From Neoconidiobolus thromboides FSU 785 (taxonomy: Eukaryota; Fungi; Entomophthoromycota), in NCBI GenBank assembly GCA_025603075.1, contig MU626259.1:62001-126000 (forward strand): DNA of 64,000 nucleotides, in the 5' to 3' direction. The position numbers and the translations under genes were made by a program. Of the stretch, positions 40,121-51,947 are shown in pieces (the stretch's first letter is position 1; the number at the start of each line of letters is the position of its first letter). The notes below the pieces were generated by a model that was not told the DNA's origin, did no database searches, and worked only from the letters and a program-made list of their open reading frames with translations.

Positions 40121-40438
40121 TTAAACCTTATCACTACTGTTGCCTTTTTTGCCAAATAAACCTTTTAAGGTAGCAATAAAACCTTTGACTTGTTTTACCG
40201 CTTTTTCTATACTTGGTTTCTCAGCCTCTTTTCTTTCTAAATATTCATCAACGCTCCACGCTTGCACATCTCCTCTTTTTTGTTTTTTACTAGTTTTTAA
40301 TACTTCTGGTTTGGAATTTTGTAATAAATCCACAGGGTTGACATTGATGTTCAATTCCCCATTTCGGTTGTTTGGGTTTACTAATACACTAGTGCTTATA
40401 AATGTTAGAAATAATAATAATAAATAAAATTTAAGCAT
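40121..40438 (-). CDS. Secreted small protein, tandem paralogue A
   Basis: Signal-like MLKFYLLLLFLTFISTSVLVN; KR site; WSVDE motif; amphipathic C-terminal helix. Confidence 0.75.
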   Translation of the reverse strand: MLKFYLLLLFLTFISTSVLVNPNNRNGELNINVNPVDLLQNSKPEVLKTSKKQKRGDVQAWSVDEYLERKEAEKPSIEKAVKQVKGFIATLKGLFGKKGNSSDKV

Positions 40439-40515
40439 TGTTAATAATACAGTTGTTTAAAAAGTAGAAATGATTTAATTTAATTTATATCTTTTGTTTT
40501 TATTTTTATTTTATT

Positions 40516-40561
40516 GATCTTCCCTATTAGGGCTGATTTTTAAGATCTTGGTTGGTCGATC
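40516..40561 (-). promoter_or_regulatory. Conserved GATC...GCTGAT...GATC upstream module, copy A
   Basis: 78 bp upstream of the ATG; conserved before all three paralogues. Confidence 0.5.
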
Positions 40562-41226
40562 CCTTTTACTATTCAAAATAAGGATAAGATGTTTTTCATT
40601 GTTACAGAAAATTATTTAAGAATATTTTATTGCTCGATGTTTTCAATACTTAATGGACTTATTCTTATTTTTAAATGATAGTGATGATAATAGTTCATTC
40701 TAATAAAGATAGTTTTATAAAATTTTACTCTGATTCAATTTTAAAGCTTAAAGCTGTAGTTAATAGTTTTTTAACTTAATAACTTTTATTGAATTGATTT
40801 ATAAATTTTCAACTCATCTTCTTTTATTATGTTATGAAAAGCACATTCCTTATATAGGTAGATTACGGAACAACAAGAACTGCTCTCTAAAGAGCTTCTA
40901 TACATTCAATATAACTCCAAACTACACCAAAATTAAGATAATAATATATGAACGTTAAATTGTAAAAAAGGCAATTCTTCCATTGGGTTCAAGGCTAACA
41001 TGAGCTAATACCCTCCTCTTTTCGCTCTTTATCTTTTTCACCCTTCTTTTAAACTTTCATTGTCCCAAATAAACCATGCCTTTTATATTGATGAGTAATA
41101 AAAAAAATACAGCTAACTTACTCTGTAATTATTTTAAACTTTTATATTTTAAATAATTAGAAAATCCCAACTGACTCAAAAACATTATAATAAATAAATA
41201 AACATAAAGTAAAAGCCTGTAAAGTT

Positions 41227-41790
41227 TTATTCTTTATCATTATCACCAATGTATTTTTTAAATGGAGGTATCATAAAATTTAAATGTCTCTTTTCGAAAA
41301 ATAAAATAATTTTATCTTTATATTGAATCATAGCAGCTTTGATAAAAGCATTGACATCCATATTATTTAGTTTAGCAAAAAGTGCTTTTAAAGCAGAAAC
41401 TCCAGCACCAAATGCTCCTTTTACTGATGTTTTTAATTTATTGGCTTTTGAATTTGTATTTGGTTTTTTGTCTAAAAAATCATCATCTACACTCCATGTG
41501 GAAGTGTCATTTTTCTTTTCGCCTTCTTTATCGTCTTCATCTATAGAAGAGCTTTCCTCTTCTGAATCCTCTAAAGAATCATTTGTGTTGGTCTCCTCAA
41601 TTACTTTCTTTTTCCTCAAACGTGACAAAAAGGAGGATTTTTTAGTACCACTATCTCCTTTGTTTTGATTCAATATTAATTCCTTTGGTTTTATGTTAGC
41701 GTTCAATTCACTATTTTTATTATTTGTGTTAATTAATACACTAGCGTTAATCAATATACAAAATAAAAGTAACAGGTAAAATTTAAACAT
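41227..41790 (-). CDS. Secreted small protein, tandem paralogue B
   Basis: MFKFYLLLLFCILINASVLIN; RKKK; WSVDD; amphipathic helix. Confidence 0.75.
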   Translation of the reverse strand: MFKFYLLLLFCILINASVLINTNNKNSELNANIKPKELILNQNKGDSGTKKSSFLSRLRKKKVIEETNTNDSLEDSEEESSSIDEDDKEGEKKNDTSTWSVDDDFLDKKPNTNSKANKLKTSVKGAFGAGVSALKALFAKLNNMDVNAFIKAAMIQYKDKIILFFEKRHLNFMIPPFKKYIGDNDKE

Positions 41791-41864
41791 TATTAATATT
41801 AGTTGTTTGAAAACTACAGCAACTTCTATTTTAGTCTATTATATATCTTTTAATTCTTTTTTAG

Positions 41865-41909
41865 GATCTTCTCTATTTGAGCTGATTTTAAGATCTTAAT
41901 CGGAAGATC
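41865..41909 (-). promoter_or_regulatory. Conserved upstream module, copy B
   Basis: GATCTTCTCTATTTGAGCTGATTTTAAGATCTT...GATC, 75 bp upstream of the ATG. Confidence 0.5.
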
Positions 41910-42012
41910 ATTTTACAACTCAAAAAATAGAGATTGAATTTGAATAATAATTTTTACAAAAGTTTTCAAATACTATTATTAGCTTGATTTTAACCAATAT
42001 ATAATTTTAATA

Positions 42013-42113
42013 ATATAGAGGTGCTTTTTTTGCTTTATTACTTTTTTTATTTTTTAAGCGCTATTTGACCGGAAAGATTGTTAGTAAATCCTTAAAAAAA
42101 TACATTCCTACAT
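42013..42113 (-). mobile_element. MITE-A copy
   Basis: Reverse match to the consensus. Confidence 0.75.
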
Positions 42114-42371
42114 ATTAAAAATAAAGCCATAGTAAAAAAAAGCTTATTTCCTACAAATTCAAAACTCTACAAAAATAACTATTTGGTTTAATTTAACTAG
42201 GCATAATACCGTATATAGTAGAAAAGTTATCATATTTTTATAATAATATTACCTATTAATTAACACTAACTGTATTTAGATTCGCCAATTTAATTTTTAA
42301 GCACTGGGAAAATATACTTCAGATAATATTAAACTAAAAGCTATTCATGTTAGTATTTCCAATTACTAAAG

Positions 42372-42474
42372 ATATGGGGATGTTTTTTTTGTTTCATTAT
42401 TTTTTCCATTTTTTAAACGCTATTTGAGTGGAAAAAGTGTTAGTAAAACTCTCAAATAAAATACATCCCCATAT
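42372..42474 (-). mobile_element. MITE-A copy
   Basis: ATATGGGGATGT...ACATCCCCATAT. Confidence 0.9.
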
Positions 42475-42686
42475 ATATACAAGAATTCTATAGGTTGTAT
42501 ATGTATTTGATTAAATCATTTCGTCCATCAGATTAATAAAATCATGAAACATTGTACTATACAACTTAAGTGTGAACGATTATATAGCTTGATCCAAATG
42601 CTACAGTGGTAATATAGATTTTCCCAAAAATTGAAAGAATTATGGTGTTTAAACATATTTTAAGCTAAGATTATAAAGCTTTTAAC

Positions 42687-42790
42687 ATATTGGGATATAT
42701 TTTTGTATTTAAGAATTTTACTAACAATTTTTCCGCTCAATAGGCTTAAAAGATGGAAAAAGTAGTGAAGCTAAAAAAAATACCCCCGTA
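42687..42790 (+). mobile_element. MITE-A copy
   Basis: Match to the consensus. Confidence 0.8.
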
Positions 42791-42889
42791 CTTATTAAAA
42801 TGGAAACATAATTTACAAAATAATAATGAAATATAATCAATATAAATTAATAATATATAAGCATTTATTATACTCTTTAATAAAACTAT

Positions 42890-43453
42890 TTAAGTGGCCT
42901 TTGGACTTGGGAGCGGAGGTAATTTTATATTATTTTTTGCTAAAAGTTCATCAATTTTATATTTTGTTTGATCTTTGACTTCCAAAAAGAAATTTTTAGC
43001 ATCATCTTTAGTTAGCTCTAATTTTTGTTTAACTTTAGCTTTGTCTTCTTCTAGTTTTGCTTTGAATTCATCATCTTTTTCTTGCTTTTCTCGTTTCTTT
43101 TCTTTCTTACTTTTCTTTTTCTTTTTTTTGTTCTTTTTGTCCTTTTTATCTGTGCCTTCTTTTTGTTTCTTTGAGTTGTCCTTGTCCTTTTTCGTTTTTT
43201 CTTTTTTTTTCTTTTTCACTTCTACTACCCTTTCATTTTCATTTTCATTTTCGTTTTCATCTTCATTTTTTTCCACCTCTTCATTATCTTCAAGTTCATT
43301 GTCTACATTTGTCACTTTCTCTTTGCTTTTATTGACCATTAACTCTGAGCTTTTACTATTATCATTTAGTACTAAGCCACCACTACTATTACGATTAACT
43401 AATACTCCAGCATTAATCAAAGTTAACAATAGAATTAATAAATACGTTTTCAT
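42890..43453 (-). CDS. Secreted small protein, tandem paralogue C (E/K-rich)
   Basis: MKTYLLILLLTLINAGVLVN; acidic then poly-Lys tracts. Confidence 0.7.
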   Translation of the reverse strand: MKTYLLILLLTLINAGVLVNRNSSGGLVLNDNSKSSELMVNKSKEKVTNVDNELEDNEEVEKNEDENENENENERVVEVKKKKKEKTKKDKDNSKKQKEGTDKKDKKNKKKKKKSKKEKKREKQEKDDEFKAKLEEDKAKVKQKLELTKDDAKNFFLEVKDQTKYKIDELLAKNNIKLPPLPSPKAT

Positions 43454-43525
43454 TTTTTGTTAGTGATTGTTTAATTCTTCAAGCTGTTTTTATTGTTAAT
43501 TTATATGTATTTTTGTCTTATATAT

Positions 43526-43570
43526 GATCTCTTTTTTTATGGCTGATGAATTTTCAACTTCAAGTTGATC
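43526..43570 (-). promoter_or_regulatory. Conserved upstream module, copy C (more diverged)
   Basis: GATCT...TATGGCTGAT...GATC, 73 bp upstream of the ATG. Confidence 0.4.
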
Positions 43571-44741
43571 ATTACAATTCAACATAATTTTATAGACTAT
43601 TAGTTGAAGTGGGATTAAATTGATAGCTTTATTTTAAAAATATTATAATTGGATCTTATATCAATATTAACTTTAAAATACCATTTGTGTTCATCAATAC
43701 TAATAGCTGCATTGAAGTGTATGTATCAATTGCTTCAAGCAACAACAGCTCATATCAAAAAAGGGTCTGGGATGCCATCACAGCTTTTTATGTTAACATA
43801 TATGATAGTTATAAGTATTGATCAATAAGATTATTCTTAAGACCAAGGAATATCAATAGTTTAATATCTTTATCTCCCTAAATAATTTTAGAACGTACAT
43901 GTCTAAGGCATTGACCATTTATATGAAAAACCCAGTTATAAAATTAAACAAAGAATACGAAATCTAAAACTATAGTTATAAGAAAACTAGAAGTGTCATT
44001 TCAAATAACCTCATAATCCTTTTTCGAATGATATAACCGAAAAGTTGATAAAGGAGCTTATCAAACAGCAAAACTTTTTATCCTGAAAGATGAATCCTAA
44101 TAGGATAAGAACTAAGTTGGGAACAAAAATCTGAATAGTACTTAATTTCTATTGTTAACAAATGTCACTGAATTTGGTAATACCTTCATTTAACAAATGA
44201 AATACTTTTACATCATCTAAAAATTGACAGAATAAGAATCTTTATCACTATAAGTCATTATATTACTAAATTTGCTATCCTTCAGGTGCCTTTGGTGTGT
44301 TTATTATTTCTATAAGATATAATGTAAACAAAAGTGTTTGTTTAACTATTCGTAAGATGTAATTGATAGTACAATTTAAAGCATATTGTAAAAATTAGAT
44401 GTTTTTTAATTAACAAAAATATTTTTGACTCTTATTTAGCACATGATAAAATATTATCTATTTTTTTTAAAAGATAACGATAACAATATAAATAAAAAAT
44501 CGTATCATTAATGTCAATAGCAACTCCAAAATCGTATGTTTAAATTTTAATCTTTAATTGTTTACTGCTATTAATAAAAAACAGTAAAACACCAAATAAA
44601 TAGAAAAATAAGCTCTAAAATCCTACCAATCAATTTATCACGATGTTATAAAAAGGAGGGATGAGGTAATTAAGAATAAAATACAGAAATCGATTTAGTT
44701 TTTTTTATAAATAATATCAATTTTAAACATATATCATAGCA

Positions 44742-46109
44742 ATGGCACAGTTTCAAGGTAAACGGATATTAACTAAAGATAACTCCACAAAGTTATTTAC
44801 AATTTTAATAAGATGTTTATATAATCGCCAGTGGACGTACTCCCATTGGTAATTTCAATAGTAAAATGGCCGTATTTAGTGCTATTGATTTAGGTGTAAC
44901 AGCTGTACAAGGTAATATTTATATAATGTAGAACTAATAAATAAATCTAAAAAAACTCCTTTTTTCCACTAATTTTCAGGAGTAATAAGCAAAGGAAACA
45001 TCCCCGCTGATCAAATAGAACAGCTATATTTTGGCAATGTGTTAAGTGCTAATCTCGGTCAAAATCCCGCTCGTCAAGTAGCCATCAAATCTGGCTTGCC
45101 AACAAGCACCGTAGCTACTACTATCAATAAAGTATGTGCCTCTGGATTAAAAGCAGCTATTATTGGTGCGCAAAATATTAAATTAGGAGAAGCTGATTTA
45201 ATTGTAGTTGGCGGTATGGAGTCTATGAGTAATGTGCCGTTTTACTTAAGTAATGTACGTAAAGATGGGGTAAAATATGGGGATCAAAAATTAATTGATG
45301 GATTACCAAAAGATGGTTTAACTGATGCCTATGATCAGGTACCAATGGGTGAATTTGCTGAGTTGTGTGCTAAAGAAAATAATTTAACTCGTAGTGATAG
45401 TGATGATTATGCTGTTTTGAGTTATACACGTGCACAAGCAGCACATAAAGATGGTAATTTTAAAAATGAAATTATCCCATTGACTATCAAAGCAGTAAAA
45501 AAAGGACAAAATGATACCGTTATTGAAGTCGATGAAGACTCTCAAAGATTTGATCAAAATAAATTAAGACAAATGAGACCTGCTTTTCCTAATGCCGGCG
45601 ATACTGTTACTGCTCCTAATGCCTCTTCTTTATCCGATGGAGCTGCTGCTTTAGTTTTAGCCTCTGGTAAATGGATTGAAAAAGCAAAAAACGAAGGATG
45701 GAAGCCAGCTGGGGCTATTTATCAAATTTTAGGATGGGGAGACGCCGAATGTGAACCAAATAGATTTACTACCGCACCATCTTTAGCTATACCAAAAGCA
45801 TTAAAACATGCTAATACATCTATTGATCAAGTTGATTTCTTTGAAATTAATGAAGCTTTTTCAGTGGTCGCTTTAGCTAATGTTAACAAGTTAAATTTGA
45901 ATAAAGACAAAGTTAATGTCTTTGGTGGAGCTGTTGCCTTAGGTCATCCCCTTGGTTGTTCAGGCGCTAGAATTTTAGTTACTTTAGCTAATGTTTTAGA
46001 ACAAAAGAATGGTAATATTGGTGTAGCTGGTATCTGCAACGGTGGTGGTGGTGCCTCTGCTATCGTTATTAAAAAAGCCAACTTTGACCTTCCCCAATCT
46101 AAAATTTAA
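44742..46109 (+). CDS. ERG10: Acetyl-CoA acetyltransferase (thiolase); introns 44758-44812 and 44912-44979
   Basis: RTPIG, NKVCASG (catalytic Cys), EINEAF, GHPLGCSGARI, GICNGGGGAS. Confidence 0.95.
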
Positions 46110-46199
46110 ATAAAAATCCATCTTTTTCATAGCTAAATAAAGCCTCTGTTTTATAGTAAAGTTAAAATAAAACAACAAAATGATAAAATGATGACTATT

Positions 46200-46622
46200 T
46201 TATTTTAAATCCCAATCTTTATTAGCTTTATATTTTTTCCAAATCTCTTTTGTTAATTTATCTATTTGTAACCAAATGTTTTGTTGACACTGAACTAATT
46301 GTATCCTTTTATCACGACATTTGCTTTTATCACCTTGTAAACAAAGTTGATAATTGATATATTCTTGGGGGCATAAATTTTTGGATACACAGGTATCTTT
46401 GGCATTTTCCTCTTTCATACATACACTTGGATTCATCGATGTATTTTCTTCCAAACAAGTTTCATATTTTTCTAGATTTATTAGTTATTGTGGTTTGGGA
46501 TGAAATTGAAATTTACCTATTAACTCATTACATTTTGACATCATACTTTTATAAATGGGTAGTTCTTGTTGTACTTCTTTATCTACTTTTTCAAAATCTT
46601 TCTTTATGTCTTCAAAACTCAT
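46200..46622 (-). CDS. MIX14: Quadruple CX9C (double CHCH) mitochondrial intermembrane-space protein, Mix14/CHCHD5-like; intron 46472-46516
   Basis: Spliced 125-aa protein with four CX9C motifs (CNELIEKYETC, CMKEENAKDTC, CPQEYINYQLC, CRDKRIQLVQC). Confidence 0.75.
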
Positions 46623-46955
46623 TTTAATAATAATTATATGATAATAAAGGGAAAAACAAATTGATTTTAAAACTAAAGCAAAGCTATTGTAGTGCTTATT
46701 GTCATTACTTCATTTTGAATTTTGTTAAAATTATACTTTAATATATAACCAATAATCTTTCAATCAATTTGAAACTAAAAGTCCTTCATTTTTAAAAATA
46801 ACCCAACGAAAAATAAATATATACAAATAAATTATCAACTATTTGACCTATTATATAAAACATAGTTTCAATATGTATTTCTATATCTTGGCAGTTATAT
46901 ATATTTAAAATCTAATTTTAATGTTAGATAATAAAGTAAAAACATCAAAAAATTA

Positions 46956-47029
46956 CGCTCATAGCTGGGATCGAACCAGCAACCTCTCGATTAACAGTCG
47001 AACGCGCTAGCCAATTGCGCCATACGAGC
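46956..47029 (-). tRNA. tRNA-Asn(GTT), identical to 39717-39790
   Basis: Reverse complement matches the first copy. Confidence 0.95.
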
Positions 47030-47642
47030 CTTTTACAAATCCTTATATACATCATACTTTTTAATAATATATAAATTTTTTAAACTTAGCAAATTTGGTA
47101 AAGAGCTCAACTTTGGAAAATTCAATTAAGCTCTTTTATATTTTTAATACTGAATGAATCCCTTGACTTAAATCGATAATCTTGTTTTTGTATTCAATTA
47201 ACAATTATTTAATTCTATATAAAGGATAGACAAAGTTAATAAATTAAAAAAACTTATATTTGAGATATGCTCATGGTTTTATTTTCTATCTCACTTTGCT
47301 TTTGAAATAATGTTAAACATCAATATTAATTATTATATATAAATCTATTACTTTAACTATTTTAATTAACAATATTAATAAATAAATATGTAGAATTTTA
47401 ATCAAATTTTATTAAACATTAAGTATGGCGTCTTATCTAAAAGTACTATGGCTATAAAAAGTAATTTGTAAAAAGAACACATTGTATTTTATCTTATTAT
47501 TTAAATAAACTTATTAGCAACAAAAATAAAAAAATATGAAAATATTGATTTATAAAAATTTATTAAAAGGAAAGTTAAAATAAAGTTAAGAGTTAGTAAA
47601 TAATTTAGCAGCAAATATTGATAAGAAACGACCCAAAGAAGC

Positions 47643-48335
47643 TTATTTAGAGTTTTCAATCACTGAAAAAAACTCCTTTCTCTTTGAAGGGTAAACGGAA
47701 TGTACTCTTAGCTCTTTTTTGTTAATATCAAAATTAAAATGACGATTGTTTAAAGAGTACTCATTTGTTGAATGATTTCTAGTATGAGAAAATTGGATTT
47801 TAATAGGTGACACCAAAGGCAAGTGGTTTGTAAGGCTGATATCTTTACTATCTCTTTTTATCATTTCATCTGGATTAGGTGGGAATGATATTTCACTTAA
47901 ATTAATTGAAACACCACATTCGTTAAGCTTTCTTCTACCTTTTTTTAATGGAATTTTGGCTATAACATCACATGACGCCACAAGCCTCTTTTTCATATCT
48001 AGTATATTTTGTTTAAATTGAGAGTGCATTTTAAACCTCTTTACTAATGAATATTGCTCAAAGCACATCAAAACGGAGTGGTAGCCAATTAATAAAGAAT
48101 GATGAAATTCCACTTTTTGAAAGTAACGTTCATTATTGAAATTATATATATCTTTTTCTTTAAAATATCGGTCCTGTAAGGTTTGTATCAACTTTAAATT
48201 ACATTCGATTATGTTGGTTATTAAATTAACTGGACTTAACTTGTGCTTCAGCTTATTTTGTAGTGTTATTACTGTCTCGATTAATTCAACCATACGTCCA
48301 TATTCTATGTAAACATCGTACTCTTGTACCATCAT
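47643..48335 (-). CDS. Helical-bundle orphan family, paralogue 3 (ORF open from 48377)
   Basis: KDIYNF...YFQKV..HHSLLIGY...F...IAKIPLK; longer tail. Confidence 0.7.
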   Translation of the reverse strand: MMVQEYDVYIEYGRMVELIETVITLQNKLKHKLSPVNLITNIIECNLKLIQTLQDRYFKEKDIYNFNNERYFQKVEFHHSLLIGYHSVLMCFEQYSLVKRFKMHSQFKQNILDMKKRLVASCDVIAKIPLKKGRRKLNECGVSINLSEISFPPNPDEMIKRDSKDISLTNHLPLVSPIKIQFSHTRNHSTNEYSLNNRHFNFDINKKELRVHSVYPSKRKEFFSVIENSK

Positions 48336-49043
48336 ACTGATTAAAGTATCAAATAAAAAAAAATAAAAAATAAACAAACAATAAAACTTATCTTATAAGC
48401 TTTGTGTATATATAATATTTTATATCTGATCCTTATGAGAATAAAAATTAATTGTGAAATTAATTTGAGATTATGGACAAACTATAGTTGTTCTAAAATA
48501 GAAGTTGCAAATTTATTAAAATATTTTCATTCAGCATTTTTCCGACTCAATTGCTAAAAATGGTCAAAAATAAATCAATATAATATTTTTATTTTTTATC
48601 TCATATCTATAGAATAGCCAATTGAAGGCATCCTACGTTTATAACTTTAAACTAATATTGTAAGTAACCATATTAAAATTTGGTATCGTTTATTTAATAG
48701 ATTGAATAACACTTCTATAGATTAAGTGTTGATTATTTAACCTGCCCTTAATTAATTAAAATATTAAAAGTCAATTTACCAATAATCTGTTATGATATTT
48801 TTTAAAGGTTTTTATTGAAAATACTGAAATGTGTTAAGTTGCGTACATATATATTAATTATACGTTTAAAAATAAATTATTAAAAGTGTACGTTACTAAC
48901 TCAATTTGTTTACTTGGAAAGCTATTTTAATAGAAAAGCCGATGCTTAGTTATTACTATTGATCCTAATCTTTAATGAGAACGAAATTCAATTATAATAC
49001 AGATTGATAAACATCATTTTAAAATTTAAAATCTCACTTATAC

Positions 49044-49150
49044 ATATGTGGATCCATTTTTTTGTTTAAGGATTTTACTAACAATCTTTCCACTCAAATA
49101 GCGCTTAAAAAATCAAAAAAGCGTTGAAGCCAAAAAAAATCATCTTATAT
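49044..49150 (+). mobile_element. MITE-A copy
   Basis: Core AACAATCTTTCCACTCAAATAGCGCTTAAA. Confidence 0.75.
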
Positions 49151-50232
49151 CATAGTATTTAGGTGGTCTTTAAAAGAATATTCAGCTTAAATAAGCGGTA
49201 AACCTTTATATAAAATAATAACCATAAAAATTCCCTATAAATGTTATGCTAAACTGAAATCTGACCTCTATTTATAACTCTTGAATAATAAATTAAGTAA
49301 ACGTTATTATAAATAAGCGCAATATATTTAATTATTTATTCCATAGTTTTATTATAAATATATAAATGTATTGAGTTACTACAAACAGGCATCTAATAGG
49401 GTTAATGGATGAGTTTCTTGATTTGCCTAATTCCAACCTAAATTTATAATACTTGATGTAGTTACTCTAAGGCCATTTTATGGTTGGTTTCATTTCTAAT
49501 GCTTGTACAGTATTAACTAAATGGCTTGGTCTATTTCACGTTGCGTTGAAGTCAATAGATTTTATGATCATTATTTTTAGTAACAAAAGTAATGAAGGGT
49601 TTAGTAACTATAAGTTGATATTTAGCTTATATGTATTTATTTTATGTTTTTAATTAACTGGACGTATTTTCAATATTGTAATGTATTTATCTATTTGTTA
49701 TATCCTATAAAAACCTTCTATCTTGTAGTTAACTTTAAACTTCTAAATTAGTAATTTACAATATTACTTATAGCTAATAATCGATAAAGTAGTAAGGTGA
49801 AAAAATTAAAAGAATAAAGCATATATTTTATTTATTTAAACTAAATCTTTACATTTCCTTGCATTGAAATATTAAACATTAATGTGATGTTTTTTATTAT
49901 ATACACATACAAAAGGTTCGGGTTATCGAAGAGTAGTTGGGTTTTAAAAAAGATAGAAGGTATAGAAAATGAAAAGCGGAGGGTATCGGTATTATTAGAC
50001 TGAAAGTAGATAAAAAAATGTTAATTCCTTTCACCTTAAATCTTGGAGGTCTTCATTTTATTTCTACAAGATTTGATGCGATAATGTATATAGTCTCTTT
50101 TGAAGGTAGTTCTCGCTATTCCTGGATCATTATCAATATAATAAGTTATCAAAGAATAACTAAGGTAATTTCTTAAATGATCAATTACTACTAATTAATA
50201 TATACTTCGTTTTTATATTTGCCAAGTAGATC

Positions 50233-50304
50233 GGCCAAATGGTCTAGTGGTATGATTCACCCTTAGGGTGGGTGAGGTCCCGGGTTCAATTCCCGGTTTG
50301 GCCC
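50233..50304 (+). tRNA. tRNA-Pro(AGG)
   Basis: 72-nt cloverleaf GGCCAAA...CACCC TTAGGGT GGGTG...GTTCAATT...TTTGGCCC. Confidence 0.93.
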
Positions 50305-50522
50305 GTTCTTTTATTTTTTTTGTACCTTTGATTCTCTTACACTTATAGCTGCACAAGATATTCTTAATAACTCTGTGTAAAATGCATGTTAAAGGAACGT
50401 TTATAATTAAAATGTCATGTTTAAAAGTGTAACATGTTACCAGTAGTAGTATAAGAGTTTTAAAAAAGAAGTTTCTCCTCTTAAATAGTGTACTGGAATT
50501 GTAGAATATCCCAATCGTAAAT

Positions 50523-50625
50523 TATTGGAGATGCTTGTTTTATTTCAAGGCTTTTTTCATTTCTTGAGTACTATCGAGTCAAAAAATTATTAGCAAATTT
50601 CTTAAATAAAAAGGGTATCCCCTAT
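50523..50625 (-). mobile_element. MITE-A copy (old, strongly diverged)
   Basis: Weak reverse match to the consensus. Confidence 0.5.
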
Positions 50626-51317
50626 TTTTAAATTGGACTGGATAAAAATAAACTGAGTGAGTTGATAATCATGTGAAACAATTAATACATTTTTTTAGCA
50701 ACTTTAAAATCTATATTTTAGCAGCGTAAAATAGCTTGGACTTTTAAATAATGATGTGGTTGGGTAAAATCTAAGCCAAATAGTGTTTGATCAATATATT
50801 ATCTTAATTCCTAAACTTATTAATATCTACAAGAATTTTTACAAGTGGCTATTTATAGTTACTTATGTCTATACCTTAATAATTTTTAGACTATATTAAT
50901 CAATTAAAACTGTATTATAAGATATTATCCTATTATTTTTTTGCCTTGATCTTAGTTTATCTATTTTTATAAACAGTAATAAACTTGATTATTAATTGGC
51001 AAAGACGGTAATAATGTAGTGTTGACGGTGTAAAACTTCTAGAATTAAAGAAATGTCCTTTATGAACTCGTCAATTTCTCTTTGGTATACTCTTTTCTTT
51101 TAATATAAAATGCTATTACTTATTAATATCCTTTTATTACTATTATGTATATGGCTTTATAATCTTTTACTTAACACTGTCCTTATTTTTTATTTGTTAC
51201 TATCTTTATTGAACCTTTTGTAAATTTACCTATTTTTGATTTTTGGTTGATTAATCATCAGCAGAGAATTTCATTAATTTATTCCACCTGATAAAATAAG
51301 GTACAAACATAAGAACA

Positions 51318-51947
51318 GTGCCATTTATAGCTTTGGGGCAGGAAGTAAAAGATTTTAAAAAGGGGCTGATTTCTAATAATATAAATACAATTAGAATTCA
51401 CATAATGCTATTTCCTTTCATCAATTCTATGAAATACAAAAAAAATAATTCAACGATGATAATTAAAATTGAAAACGAGATCAAGCAAATATTATCAATT
51501 TATCATTTTTATGACATCTTTCAAAAAGTACAAGAAGTCGATACTATTGTTAGACAAGTACAAGAAATACTGCTTGATCAACATGTCTTTATACAAAAAG
51601 TTAAAGGATACATAAAAGATGATAGTATTTATTCGCTTAATAGTATTTATTACCATGATCAATTAGAAAAATATTATCATGCATTGGTAGACTATAACTA
51701 TGTATTTGGGACTTTCTTACATAGCAATAATTACAAAAAAGCTCAATCAATAGATACGCTTTATACCTCTTTTCAAGTATCATTGGCTAGATTAACCATT
51801 GCGTCTAAAAACATTACTAAACTCCCTTTAAAGGTATTTAAAGTTAATATTTATAAGGAATCGAAAATCGAAGTTGTTGAATATAATAAAGCTCTTAGTG
51901 TTGGCTTTTCTCAAGTGATTGCCAAAGGCAACTTTAAGCTAACTTGA
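51318..51947 (+). CDS. Helical-bundle orphan family, paralogue 4 (true start probably ~51429-51455)
   Basis: DDSIYSL...YHDQL...ITKLPLKVFKV. Confidence 0.7.
   Translation: MPFIALGQEVKDFKKGLISNNINTIRIHIMLFPFINSMKYKKNNSTMIIKIENEIKQILSIYHFYDIFQKVQEVDTIVRQVQEILLDQHVFIQKVKGYIKDDSIYSLNSIYYHDQLEKYYHALVDYNYVFGTFLHSNNYKKAQSIDTLYTSFQVSLARLTIASKNITKLPLKVFKVNIYKESKIEVVEYNKALSVGFSQVIAKGNFKLT

Noticed and set aside
40140-43463. Plus-strand ORFs 40140, 41339, 42975 (also 12374, 13850, 25078, 25475, 26366, 45996, 46427, 59857, 38148)
   Set aside because: Antisense or alternate-frame shadows of real genes; F/S/L-rich composition from K/E-rich sense strands
15756-47029. Identical inverted tRNA pairs (Ile, Asn) as ends of a mobile island
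   Set aside because: Flanks do not match; identical dispersed isodecoders are routine in fungi
49880-50130. tRNA-targeted solo LTR upstream of tRNA-Pro
   Set aside because: Purine-rich stretch only; no defined TG...CA ends, TSD or second copy in the window
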